Source of the DNA: Malacoraja senta
Lineage: Eukaryota
Length of the DNA stretch: 63,900 nucleotides
Assembly (NCBI GenBank): GCA_038087875.1
Contig: CM075989.1
Location: 8,868,001 to 8,931,900 of the forward strand
Reading direction: 5' to 3'
Position numbers and translations under genes: made by a program
In this document: piece after piece, positions 1-11,885 of the stretch
Position numbering within the stretch: the first letter of the stretch is position 1
Layout: the number at the start of each line of letters is the position of its first letter
Notes under the pieces: generated by a model
Database searches by the model: none
Told to the model about the DNA's origin: nothing
The model's input: the letters and a program-made list of their open reading frames with translations, nothing else

Positions 1-983
1 GAGAAGGGTACAATTGACACCTTTTAAAAGATAGACAAAAGTGCTGGAGAAACTCAGCGGGCGAAGGAAATAGGCAACGTTTCGGGCTGATGCTGCTGCA
101 CCCGCTGAGTTTCTCCAGCACTTTTGTCTACCTTCGATTTTCCAGCACCTGCAGTTCCTTCTCGAACCTTTTAAAATATACTTGGATAAGTAGAAGGATA
201 GGAGATGTTTGGGGGTATATAGGCCAGGCACAGGCAAGTGGGACTGTTTGGTTCGGCAACTTTGGTCAGCATCGACTAGTTAGGCTGAAGGGTTTGATTC
301 CATGCTGTACAGCTCTGTGACTCTCTAACTCGATGAAGGAACACCTCCTCAGTTACAAAGCCTCTGCTGTTTCCTAATTCCCAGCTTCTCATGTGCGAGT
401 GGATCCAATTTCAGCAAAAAAGCTTTTGCAAAAGCGATGGTAACAAGATATCCCACATTCAAAGTACCCCTTTCAGCAGCTAGTGAGGCCATTCAGCCCT
501 TTCACATCTATGCCAGCTCTTTCAAAGAACGTACTAATTAATCCCATTCTGCTATTACCCCACAGCCTTGTCATCTCATTAAATTATTAATCCAATTCTC
601 TTTTATACTGAAATTGCTTTTCTTATCCACTGCATTCCAGACATCAGGGCCACTAATTGAGTTAAATAATGTCTCCATATCAAATCCTTGGCCTTTATTT
701 ACTGATGTCCTTGTTTGTGTGCTGTGCTGTCCTTGCTTGCGAGGGAAGGGAAATATTCATGCTTGCATTTTGTGCTGTAGTTGTGCCAGCTCTTTCTTTA
801 ATATTTAACAACCCTGGTTCAGGATTACTGCTTTGTAAACACATAGAAACATGTTACACCTTTGTGCAGGGAGCATTTCCCTTGTATGGGTTTTCACCAA
901 ATTAAAATAACTTGGCCTCAGTGGTCGCCAGCAGTACCTGGTGTCCTAAAAATAGACCGCAGCACAAACTAAATCAGCTGGAG

Positions 984-1491
984 CAGGGGTGGACAACCTT
1001 GATCAGCAACGGGGCCGGGCGCATGTCTGTGAGCGGATGGCAGGCCACATCTATCACGTGTTCACATGGATCCCACCCCTTCGAGGACGCACTGGCCCCT
1101 AGTTATGGGCGCTCACCAACATGGCGCACCTACAGACCATTGCCTTGGCTTTGTCCTGAAGGCGGTGGCTCAAATACTCACAATCACTCGTCCCCGGCCT
1201 GTTGACAACCCCGATGCCGACAGTGAAGCCCAGGCACAGAAGGTGCGAGGCCGTGCCGGTGGCTTTGCGCAGGATGTGGTACAGCCAGAGCTCGGCGCTC
1301 GGCCCCGCTCGGGCGCTCGGCGGCTCCGCTATTACAGCCACCAGCGCAGGCCTCCTTGTGTCACCGGGCCGTACCGGAGATGAAGGAAGTCTGTGGGCTG
1401 GAATACTACGGAAAAAAAATTCGCCTGCGGGCCGGATGATTTTGGGTTACGGGCCACATTCGGCCCCGGGGCCGTAGGTTGCCGACCCCTA
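984..1491. mobile_element. Non-autonomous hAT (Charlie-like) element carrying internal cargo
   Basis: Imperfect TIRs CAGGGGTGGACAACCT / AGGTTGCCGACCCCTA; 8-bp TSD AGCTGGAG (976-983) / TGCTGGAG (1492-1499); GGGCC-rich subterminal motifs. Confidence 0.85.
1188..1332 (-). pseudogene. CYB561D1: Captured first-exon-like fragment of a cytochrome b561 domain-containing gene (CYB561D1/D2-like)
   Basis: Translates (I)AEPPSARAGPSAELWLYHILRKATGTASHLLCLGFTVGIGVVNRPGT(S), resembling the recalled N-terminus of CYB561D1 ([30 protein letters not shown]). ATA sits where an ATG is expected (1330-1332). Followed by GTGATT/GTGAGT donor-like sites. Confidence 0.65.
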
Positions 1492-1587
1492 TGCTGGAGC
1501 TTAAAAGTGAATGTAAGCCTGACTGACATCGAAAAAATGGTGCAGTCCTCATATTTTTCACATCTCCTTAAGGCATGGAAGTATAAT

Positions 1588-1830
1588 GGTGGCACAGTGA
1601 TGCAGTGGTAAACGTTGCTGCCTTACAGCGCCAGAGACCCGGGTTCGATCCTGACTACGGGTGACGTCTGTCTGCACGTAGTCATGTGCGTACAGACATC
1701 ACTCCCCGTAACCTGCGTGGGTTTTCTCCGGGTGCTCCGGTTTCATCCCACACTCCAAAGACGTACAGGTTTGTAGGTTAATTGGCTTGGTATAATTGTG
1801 AATTGTCCCTAGTGTGTGTAGGATAGTGTA
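1588..1830 (+). mobile_element. HE1-like tRNA-derived SINE, 5' part (interrupted by CR1)
   Basis: tRNA-like head with A box and B box GGTTCGATCC; body matches other copies in the window; resumes at 4494. Confidence 0.9.
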
Positions 1831-1878
1831 AATCTAAATAGTGTAATCTAAATAGATAGTGTAATCTAAATAGGTTAC

Positions 1879-4253
1879 CCCATTTAGATAATAGTCTGCT
1901 TTCCTGTTTTTGCCACCAAAATGGATAACCTCACATTTATCCACATTATACTGCATCTGCCAAACATTTGCCCACTCACCCAGCCTATCCAAGTCACCTT
2001 GCAGTCTCCTAGCATCCTCCTCACAGCTAACACTGCCCCCCAGCTTAGTGTCATCCGCAAACTTGGAGATATTGCCTTCAATTCCCTCATCCAGTTCATT
2101 AATATATATTGTAAATAGCTGGGGTCCCAGCACTGAGCCTTGCGGTACCCCACTAGTCACTGCCTGCCATTGTGAAAAGGACACGTTTACTCCTACTCTT
2201 TGCTTCCTGTTTGCCAGCCAGTTCTCTATCCACATCAATACTGAACCCCCAATGCCATGTGCTTTAAGTTGGTATACTAATCTCTTATGTGGGACCTTGT
2301 CGAAAGCCTTCTGGAAGTCCAGATACACCACATCCACTGGTTCTCCCCTATCCACGCTACTAGTTACATCCTCGAAAAATTCTATAAGATTCGTCAGACA
2401 CGATTTACCTTTCGTAAATCCATGCTGACTTTGTCCAATGATTTCACCACTTTCCAAATGTGCTGCTATCCCACCTTTAATAACTGACTCTAGCAGTTTC
2501 CCCACTACCGACGTTAGACTAACTGGTCTGTAATTCCCCGTTTTCTCTCTCCCTCCCTTCTTAAAAAGTGGGGTTACGTTTGCTACCCGCCAATCCTCAG
2601 GAACTACTCCAGAATCTAAAGAGTTTTGAAAGATTATTACTAATGCATCCACTATTTCTGGAGCTACTTCCTTAAGTACTCTGGGATGCAGCCTATCTGG
2701 CCCAGGGGATTTATCGGCCTTTAATCCATTCAATTTACCCAACACCACTTCCCGACTAACCTGGATTTCACCCAATTCCTCCAACTCCTTTGACCCGCGG
2801 TCCCCTGCTATTTCCGGCAGATTATTTATGTCTTCCTAAGTGAAGACGGAACCAAAGTAGTTATTCAATTGGTCCGCCATATCCTTGTTCCCCATGATCA
2901 ACTCACCTGTTTCTGACTGCAAGGGACCTATATTTGTTTTAACTAATCTCTTTCTTTTCACATATCTATAAAAACGTTTGCAGTCCGTTTCTATGTTCCC
3001 TGCCAGTTTTCTTTCATAATCTATTTTTCCTTTCCTAATTAAGCCCTTTGTCCTCCTCTGCTGGTCTCTGAATTTCTCCCAGTCCTCCGGTATGCTGCTT
3101 TTTCTGGCTAATTTGTACGCATCATCATTCGCTTTGACACCATCCCTGATTTCCCTTGTTATCCACGGATGCACTACCTTCCCTGATTTATTCTTTTGCC
3201 AAACTGGGATGAACAATTTTTGTAGTTCATCCATGCAGTCTTTAAATGTCTTCCATTGCATATCCACCGTCAACCCTTTTAGAATGAATTGCCAGTCAAT
3301 CTTGGCCAATTCACGTCTCATACCCTCAAAGTTACCTTTCTTTAAGTTCAGAACCATTGTTTCTGAATTAACAATGTCACTCTCCATCCTAATGAAGAAC
3401 TCAACCATATTATGGTCACTCTTGCCCAAGGGGGCACGTACAACAAGACTGCTAACTAACCCTTCCTCATTACTCAATACCCAGTCTAAAATAGCCTGCT
3501 CTCTCGTTGGTTCCTCTACATGTTTATTTAGATAACTATCCCGCATACATTCCAAGAAATCCTCTTCCTCAGCACCCCTGCCAATTTGATTCACCCAATC
3601 TATATGTAGATTGAAGTCACCCATTATAACTGTTTTGCCTTTGTCGCACGCATTTCTAATTTCCTGTTTGATACCATCTCCAACTTCACTACTACTGTTA
3701 GGTGGCCTGTACACAACACCCATCAGCGTTTTCTGCCCCTTAGTGTTTCGCAGCTCTACCCATACCGATTCCACATCCTCGAAACTAATGTCCTTCCTTT
3801 CCATTGCGTTAATCTCCTCTCTAATCAGCAATGCTACCCCGCCTCCTTTTACTTTCTCTCTATCCCTCCTGAATATTGAATATCCCTGGATGTTCAGCTC
3901 CCAGCCTTGGTCACCCTGGAGCCATGTCTCCGTGATCCCAACTATATCATAGTCATTAATAGCTATCTGCACATTCAACTCATCCACCTTATTACGAATG
4001 CTCCTTGCATTGAGACACAAAGCCTTCAGGCTTGGTTTTACAACACTCTTACCCCTTATACAATTATGTTGAAAAGTGGCCCTTTTTGATTTTTGCCCTG
4101 GTTTTGTCTGCCTGCCACTTTTACTTTTCACCTTGCTACCTATTGCTTCTACCCTCATTTTACACCTCTCTGTCTCTACGCTCACACATTTAAGAAACCC
4201 TTTCCCTTTAACTCCATCCTCCACTATCCCATTCGACACCCCACCCCCCTTAT
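1879..4253 (-). pseudogene. CR1 ORF2 (APE endonuclease + reverse transcriptase) with one in-frame stop
   Basis: LNARS, GITETW, YRPP, MGDFN, SDH (EN); NYRPVSLTS, LDFQKAFD, GVPQGSVLGP, KFADD (RT). ORFs 2836-4314 and 1834-2784 are in the same frame, separated by TAG at 2836-2838. Confidence 0.95.
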
Positions 4254-4493
4254 TCAGTTTAAAACCACCCGTGTAGCAGTGGCAAACCTGCCTGCCAGAA
4301 TGCTGGTCCCACACCTGTTAAGATGCAATCCGTCCCTTTTGTACAGTTCCCCCTTACCCCAAAACAGATCCCAGTGATCTAAGAATCTAAATCCCTGCCC
4401 CGTGCACCAGTTCCTCAGCCACATGTTCAGGTCCCGTATCTCCCTGTTCCTGCTCTCGCCAGCACGAGGAACTGGAAGCAAACCGGAGATAAC
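4254..4493 (-). pseudogene. CR1 ORF1 C-terminus, SGNH/GDSL esterase-like
   Basis: LLPVPRA...RFLDHWDLFW...YKRDGLHLN motif typical of CR1 ORF1 esterase. Confidence 0.85.
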
Positions 4494-4576
4494 AATGTGC
4501 AGGGATCGCTGGTCGGCGCGGACCCGATGGGCCGAAGGGCCTGTTTCCGTGCTGTACCTCTAAACTAAACTAAACT
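4494..4576 (+). mobile_element. HE1-like SINE, 3' part
   Basis: AATGTGCAGGGATCGCTGGTCGG...GGGCCGAAGGGCCTGTTTCC with (CTAAA)n tail. Confidence 0.9.
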
Positions 4577-5072
4577 AGGCCATTTGGCCCGTCCAGTGTA
4601 TGCTGCCTCTCAGAGGAATTTCTATCAATCCCGCTCCCCCGCTTATTTCCCTGTGTAACCCCTCCGCAGTTTGCGATGGGGTTCTGTGCCTGAGAACTGT
4701 TCATAACCCGATAGGTTCGCAAGTTGGAAATGTGGCCGCACATTAAAAGAAACATGGGCCAACCGTGGGCAAGTGTAGGTAAACCAGGACGTTTCACTCA
4801 ACCAATGCAGGTATTGCCTGAACTGAGTTCCAACATGGCAGAAGATGTCCACAGCCCTGCAACAGCGGGCAAATCTATCCCGCCAACGTGACAACACTCG
4901 CGGGCATGTATACTGTACATACGTTGGGCGATCGTGACTGGGCAGTGCCTGTAATCTAATCTATCTCACATGTTCATTAACTCCCTCTTGATTCTCTACC
5001 CACCTACCTGCCGTGATGCCAGTACTCAGTTGCGATAATATGGATACCAGCACAATGTGAATCAGTCTTAAG

Positions 5073-5304
5073 TGTGACACAGTGGCGCAACTTGTAGCGT
5101 TGCTGCCTCACGACACCAGACACCCGGGTTTGATCCTAACCTCAGGTGCTGCCTGTGTGGAGTCTGCACGTCCTCCCCAGGCCACATGGGCTTCTTCAGC
5201 GTGCTTCGGTTCCCCCCCCCCCCCCCACATCCCAAAGACGTGCGGGTTTGCAGCCTCCGTAAATTGCCGAATGTGTAGGCAAAGGATGTGAAAAAGGGAT
5301 AACA
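5073..5304 (+). mobile_element. HE1-like SINE variant, 3'-truncated
   Basis: tRNA-like head and shared body. Confidence 0.75.
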
Positions 5305-5650
5305 TGGGGGGGGGGGGGGAAGAAAGGGGAGGGGAAGAAGAAAAGTGGGAATGGTGGGGAGAGAAAGGGGAGAGAAAGGGGGATTGGAGAAAGGGGAGAA
5401 GGAGAAGGTAGCGGAGGAGAAAGGTGGAGAGGAACAGGGAAGGGGGAGAAAGGGGGAACGGGAGAAAGGGGCAATGAGAAAGGGGGGGAGAGGGGGATAA
5501 ATGGTGAAGAAAGGTGAAAAGGGAGGAAGGAAAAGGGTAAAAAAATGGGAAGGCGGGAAAGGGGAGGAGATAGGGGAGGAGAAAGGGGCAAGAAAAAGGG
5601 GGTGGTGAGCAAGGAAGATGAAGATAAAGAGGGAGGGGGAAAGGGGGGCG
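5305..5650. repeat. Polypurine (GA-rich) low-complexity tract
   Basis: Almost exclusively A/G on the + strand. Confidence 0.9.
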
Positions 5651-6401
5651 AACCCATTTAGCCCATCAAATTCAAGAGCTAATCTTATTAGTCCCATCCG
5701 CTTGGTATTTTCCTCAGTACCTACACAGTTCTGTATTCTACAAACCCAACTCCCATTTCGGAAGCCATGATGGAACCAACTCCGCCCTCTCAGATCATGA
5801 AAACTTACAGCGTGAAGCCTCTGCATCAGCCTCTGGGGACGATGTGCGCTGGGACGCACATGGGCCGGGCAAGGCCAACAGATTTCCTTTCCTGACCAAC
5901 ATCAGTGAACCACATGGGTTTGCAGCCACACGCCTTTAATCTCATGCTTCCAATTACTGATAATTTCAGATTCATTTAATTCTCTGTGTTTAAATTCCCC
6001 AGCTACAGCACAGAGATTTTACCTTCTGTCTCCATTTAATAGTCTAGGATTCCACGCAATGCACATACATCAGTCCTAAATATAGTGAGCCAGGATCTCA
6101 GTCGGGAGTCTTCTGATGAACATACATTGGTCTCATTATCCAGGGCTCCAGCTACCCTTTCCCAATAGAGTCTTAGAGTCCTACAGTGTGGACTTGGTTA
6201 CCTTGGAGATAGGTTTAGATGGAATTGGCCCAACGCAGGCAGATGGGACTAGTATAGATTGTGGATGTTGGTTGGCGTGGGCAGGTGGGGCTGAAGGAGT
6301 CTGTACACTGTATGGCTTTATGACTGAGTGCCGGATAAACGTTGAGCCTCTGGACACGGTGGGATTTTATATTAACGAGAAAGCAGAGTTTAACTTTTCA
6401 A

Positions 6402-6658
6402 TTGAAACAGGCCCTTCGGCCCAACTTGCCCACACACCGACCAACATGTCCCATCTTCACTAGTTCCACCTGCCTGAGTTTGGCCCATATCCCTCGAAAC
6501 CTGTCCTATCTACGTACCTGTCTAAATGTTTCTTAAACGTTGCGATAGTACTTGCCGCAACTACCTCCTCCGGCAGCTCGTTCCATACACCCACCACCCT
6601 TTGTGTGGAAAAAGTTACCCCTCAGGTTCCTATTAAATGTTTTCCCCCTCACCTTAAA
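6402..6658 (-). mobile_element. CR1-type LINE 3' end fragment
   Basis: 3' UTR shared with the SINE tails (GGGCCGAAGGGCCTGTTTC) plus ORF2 C-terminal remnant. Confidence 0.7.
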
Positions 6659-7916
6659 TGATTACACGGACTGACAGGAGATCCTCAATGAAATCTGCCC
6701 TCAGCACAGTTAAAGGGTCACATCTTCTTAGGTTATCTCTGAAACCAGACGCATATTGGGAGCTTGAATTTATGAACTTCAAGTGCGCTGGAGAAATAGT
6801 TAGTCCTTAAGAACCTTTAAAAACACACACGCCAGCCTTTCTCACCCGGGTCAGAGGATTCAGGGCTTGAGCTGAAATGTGGGCTGCAGTTTCAGTGGAT
6901 GAAAACAATATCCTCCATTCACATAGCGCCTTTTACATCCCCAGCAGGGTGACCTGAAGCCCTTTACAGCAGGTGAGGTGCTTTTGAAGTGTAGTCACCG
7001 TTGTGTTGAGGGGATGCAGCAGCCAATTTCTGCACGAGCCTTGGAGACAATGTCCGGCATAGATACTTGTACATGGAACGAGCTGCTGGAGGAGGAATGG
7101 AATCTGAAGAAGGGTTCCAACCCAAAACATCGCCGATCCTTGTCCTTGGGAGATGCTGCCTGACCCATTGAGTTACTCCAGCACTGTGTGTCCTTCACAG
7201 GTACCATCCCAATACTTAAGAAACATTGAGTTAAGTACATGGATAGGATAGGTTTAGAGGGATATGGGCCAAAAGCTGGCAGGTGGGACTTGTGTAGATG
7301 GGTCTGTTTCCAGGCTGCATGACTATGACTGAGTTAATGTTGGTCCTCAGGACACAGGGGAGGAAGAATGCCGTGGGACTTTTTTGAACCGAGTTTAACT
7401 TTTCTGTTGAAAGGCCCACCTCTAACTATGCAGCAACCCTTCGGTGTGGGACTGTGGAGCCAGCCTGGGTCTGCAGGGTGGTGTCAAGGAGTTCAGCTTG
7501 TTGGATATTAGAGAGAGACCTTTCTGTCTCTAGCTGAGGAGTGTCTCCAAGATCCCACGAAAACCTGCTGAAGCAGTGAAGGGTGGCTTCCGGTGGTCCT
7601 GTCCTGCATTCCACCCGCATCCAGCACCCAATGGGAATTATGCCCTTCAGGGAAACTAGGCGTGAGAGAGGTGGAAGGATACGGTGATAGGGTGAAAGGC
7701 AGCAGGGCAGGAGGAAGCATGCAGAGAAGACAAAGTATAGGTGGGCCAAATAGCCTGCCTCCATGCTGCAAGTTCTATGCAGTAAAGGAAAATGCAATTG
7801 CCCAGTTATTTGTCAAGCTGTTACTTTGTGGGATCTTGCTGTGTGTAGGACAACCCCTACACTTGCCTGCACAGCAAGAGTGACTGTGGTTATCCTACAC
7901 TTTATATACCGCTGCC

Positions 7917-8650
7917 CAGGCACGGAAATCGCTATCAAAATATGAGGGGAACCGGGGGACAGAGGGGACACAATATCTTGGCGGCCGCTCGCGCATGCGT
8001 GCACATACACACGTGAGGTTTCAGAGGCCCTGTGAACGGTCATATCAGCTCAATCAGCGCTAAATGCAGCTCAACTCTGCCTGTCTCGCCTGGTTAACCT
8101 ACAGCCCTGCCTGGACTAATGACATATCTCCCGTAAGTCCAGGCAGGGCTGTAGGTTAACCTGGCGGGATAGGCAGAGTTGAGCTGGATTTAGCGCTGCT
8201 TCTCTGCGCTGGCTGTGGGCCTCGAGGCACCTCTCCCGTCTGACTCCTGACGTCTCTGGCCACCCCCGGGCGTGGGGGGCTCTCGGGTGGGGACAGGGAT
8301 GCAACACCGGAGACCCGGGATCGATCTTGGCTGTGGATGAGGCACAGGTCTGTGTCCAGGGCTGCCGAGAGTGTTTTTCAATTGTGACCCTTTGACCTGG
8401 GCACGTCTCCCTCCTCCAATCACCGCACTCTATCCTCAGTCCCACCCCCATTGCCTGCTGACCGACGTCTCTCTCGTCCAATCGGCGCCCTCGGTCAGCA
8501 GTGCCACCCCCATTGTCTCGCGGATAGCGGAGATTTCACCGGGTTTTAAAATCCGGATTACAAAAAAAGGGGGGGGAGGGGGTCGTCCCCTACCTCTCAA
8601 AACAGGGGAGGGACGTGTGTCCCCTGCCACCCCCAGGATTTCCGCTCATG
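7917..8650. mobile_element. Non-autonomous hAT-like element with an internal long hairpin
   Basis: Imperfect TIR CAGGCACGGAAATC vs reverse complement CATGAGCGGAAATC; 8-bp TSD CCGCTGCC / CTGCTGCC; GGGGAC subterminal motifs. Confidence 0.65.
8055..8198. repeat. 63-bp inverted repeat with 18-nt loop
   Basis: Arms 8055-8117 and 8136-8198, 4 mismatches. Confidence 0.95.
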
Positions 8651-8940
8651 CTGCTGCCTCACAGCGCCAGAGACCCGGGTTTGATCCTGACTACGGGTGC
8701 TGCCTGTACGGAGTTTGTACGTTCTCCCCGTGACCGGGTGGGTTTTCTCCGGGTTCCCCCCACACTCCAAAGAAGTGCAGGTTTGTAGGTTAATTGGGCT
8801 TTGGTAAAATTGTAAATTGTCCCTAGTGTGTAGGATAATGCTAGTGTACGGTGTATGGGGATCGCTGGTCGGCGCGCACTCGGTGGGCCGAAGGGCCTGT
8901 TTCGACGCTGTATTTCTAAAGCCTAAAGTAAAGTCTAAAG
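8651..8940 (+). mobile_element. HE1-like SINE
   Basis: B box, body and CR1-derived tail. Confidence 0.9.
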
Positions 8941-9261
8941 ACGCGTCTGATGACCAGCCCTTGCTGACTACATCAAGTGTTGGGTAACCAAGCCTTTACC
9001 GTATTGACCTCTGTGGCAAAGACAGCACCTCCCACACTCACGACCTCTCCCAGCTGGGAGACAGGCAGCAACACCATGGGGAACACCACAACCTGGTCAC
9101 TGTCTACCAAGCCCACACCACCCTGACTTGGTAATCTATCGCCCTTCCTTCACTGTCTCTAGGACGGTCAAAGTCCTGGCAGCCCCCTCCCCATCGACAT
9201 GCCCACACCTCAAGGAAGGCAGCGGTTGACAAAGGCAGCTCACCACCACCTTCTCAAGGGC

Positions 9262-9670
9262 AAATAATAATAATAATAATAGATTTTATTTATATAGCGC
9301 TTTTCAGGACTCAAAGTCGCTTTACATTGAGAGTCAGGAATAAACAAAACAAAATAGAGCAGTAAGACAAAGGGGAGGGGAACATGGGACTAAGGGTATG
9401 CAGAGGTGAAGAGATGGGTCTTGAGGCGAGACTGGAAGATGGTGAGGGACTCAGAATTTCGGACCGGTTGTGGGAGGGAATTCCAGAGCCTGGGAGCTGC
9501 CCTGGAGAAGGCTCTGCCTCCAAAAGTGCAGAGGTTTGCTTTCGGAGTGGAGAGGAGACCAGCTGATGTGGATCTGAGGGACCGTGATGGTTGGTAGGGG
9601 GAGAGGAGGTCAATGAGATAAGGGGGGGGGGGGGGCAGGTTGTTGAGGGCTTTGTAGGTGAGGACCAGGA
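9262..9670 (-). mobile_element. L2-clade LINE 3' fragment
   Basis: LTYKALN...YQPSRSLRS...GGRAFSRAAPRLWNSLP...LKTHLF; tail AAAGCGCTATATAAATAAA+(ATT)n. Confidence 0.9.
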
Positions 9671-10584
9671 CCAGATTCCGGCAATAAAATTCCATCTCAG
9701 CCTGCGATGCCCACATCTCCAGAATGAAGCATGAAAAGTGCGAGACATTTCTGAGAGATGTGGTTAAGCGCTGTGTAATGCCTTGAAATCCCTCGACACG
9801 GAACAAGAACAAATTCTGAACAACCGTCCTCAGCGACAAGGTTAAATGTAACACCGGGATTCCTTATGCAAGATGTGTAAAATGGGAGCGAGATAAAGGA
9901 CATATGCAAGACATTATCTACCGTGTCTGGAATGGAATCATCAATCTTACTCTATTTAAATGCACTGCAAAGAAAAGTCACTGGATGTCTTCCAAGAGAC
10001 CAAATACCAAGGTCCAAACCTCACTTTTACATCGTCTTTTATTATTACTTCCAATAGTCTGGATCCTGATATCAAGTCTATACAACACTTCTGCATTGTG
10101 TCAGTTCTGGCTCAGAGGCCCGAGGGCTGAGCCAGAAAACTGTGGCTTCATACACCAGAAATTAGACACGTTATATCTGGGCTGACGCCGCCATTGTAGA
10201 ACAAGGAGTGCTGCTCTTTCACAGTACCTCATTGAGTGAGTGAGTGAGGTGTGGTCCGCTGATGAGGCACTCAACAGGACATAGAAGATCTCAGTGCCAC
10301 CTCATGGAGTAAGTGAAGTGGGCTTTGCCTTGGGAGTCCTAGACAATATTTATCCTCCCTCCACACCCACATGGTCTCTGTCCCATTGCTGTTGCAGATG
10401 CTGGCTGTGTGCCCATTGCTTGCCACGTGCCCAACATCACCACGATGACCATAAGTAGCCAATCTTCTATAAAGGAGCTTGGACCATCCGTACAGTGTGA
10501 AAGATGCTACAGAAATGCAAATCTTGATTTCCGCCTTCAGGAGTTCCCTTATTGCAACTCAGCCTTAGGTTTGCAGGCATCTAT

Positions 10585-10912
10585 TAGTCTAGTTTAGAGA
10601 TGCAGCGCGGAAACAGGCCCTTTGGCCCACCGGGTCCGCGCCGGCGAGCGATCCCCGCACATTAACACTATCCTACCCACACACTAGGCACACTTTGTTA
10701 TAAACATTTACCAAGCCAATTAACCTACATACTGCACCTGTATGTCTTTGGAATGTGGGAGGAAACCAAAGATCTCGGAGAAAACCCATGCAGGTCACGG
10801 GGGAGAACGCACAAACTCTGTACAAACAGCACCCTGTAGTCTGGATCAAACCCGGGTCTCTGGCGCTGCAAGCGCTGTAAGGCGGCTACTCTACCTCTGC
10901 GCCACCGTGCCG
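10585..10912 (-). mobile_element. HE1-like SINE, full length
   Basis: Reverse complement of the SINE consensus seen elsewhere in the window. Confidence 0.9.
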
Positions 10913-10979
10913 CGCCCATCCTAAGTGATTCCAACACCAAGAAAGCTGTTAAGATCCAATCAGGGTCAATGTAAGGTGA

Positions 10980-11335
10980 GGATTGTTAAGGGCTTGGACA
11001 CGCTAGAGGCAGGAAACATGTTCCCCGATGTTGGGGGAGTCCAGAACCAGGGGCCACAGTTTAAGAATAAGGAGTAACCCATTTAGAACGGAGACGAGGG
11101 AAACACCTTTTCTCACAGAGAGTGGCGAGTCTGTGGAATTCTCTGCCTCAGAGGGCGGTGGAGGCCGATTCTCTGGATGCTTTCAAGAGAGAGCTAGATA
11201 GGGCTCTTAAAAATAGCAGAGTCAGGGGATATGGGGAGAAGGCAGGAATGGGGGACTGATTGGGGATGATCACCATGATCACATTGAATGGCTCGAAGGG
11301 TCGAATGGCCTACTCCTGCACCTATTGTCTATTGA
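10980..11335 (+). mobile_element. CR1 3' end
   Basis: KGLDTLEAGNMF...RTRGHSLR...LWNSLP remnant and CCTATTGTCTATTG tail. Confidence 0.9.
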
Positions 11336-11419
11336 GGGGCAATGTTTAAAGTAAATGTGAGAGGCAAGTTTTTTTACACAGAGTGCGGTGAGTGCCTGGA
11401 ACATGCTCCCAGTGTTGGG

Positions 11420-11745
11420 GACTTTACTTTAGACTTTAAGACTTTAGAGATACAGCATGAAAACAGGCCCTTCATCCCACAGAGTCCGCACCGACTAATG
11501 ATCCCGCACACACTAACACTATCCTACACACACTAGGGACTATTTACAATTTTAACCGGAGCCAATTAACCTACAAACCTGTATGTCTTTGGAGTGTGGG
11601 TGGAAACTGTAGCACCTGGAGAAAACCCATATGGTCACAGGGAGAACATGCAAACTCCGTACACTCAGCACCCACAGTCAAGATCGATCCCAGGTCTCTG
11701 GCGCTGTAAGGCAGCAACTCTACCGCTGCACCACCATGCTTGCCC
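11420..11745 (-). mobile_element. HE1-like SINE
   Basis: Head, body and tail recognisable. Confidence 0.85.
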
Positions 11746-11885
11746 AAATGGTGGTGGAGGCAGATATGGTGGCGCTGTTTAAGAGGCTTTTCCTGCCCTT
11801 TGGTTAAGGTTTAGAGAGATTTGGGCCAAACGTGGGCAGGTGGGACTAGTGTAGATGGAGCATCTTGGTTGGAATGGGCAAGTTA

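Larger units (their letters stand above)
1875..4493 (-). mobile_element. CR1-clade LINE (HER1-like) internal fragment lacking both 5' and 3' ends
   Basis: ORF1 C-terminus, APE endonuclease and RT domains; ends inside ORF2 with no 3' UTR tail. Confidence 0.95.

Noticed and set aside
5068..5859. 263-aa Pro/Phe/Ser-rich ORF
   Set aside because: Translation of a low-complexity tract plus a SINE
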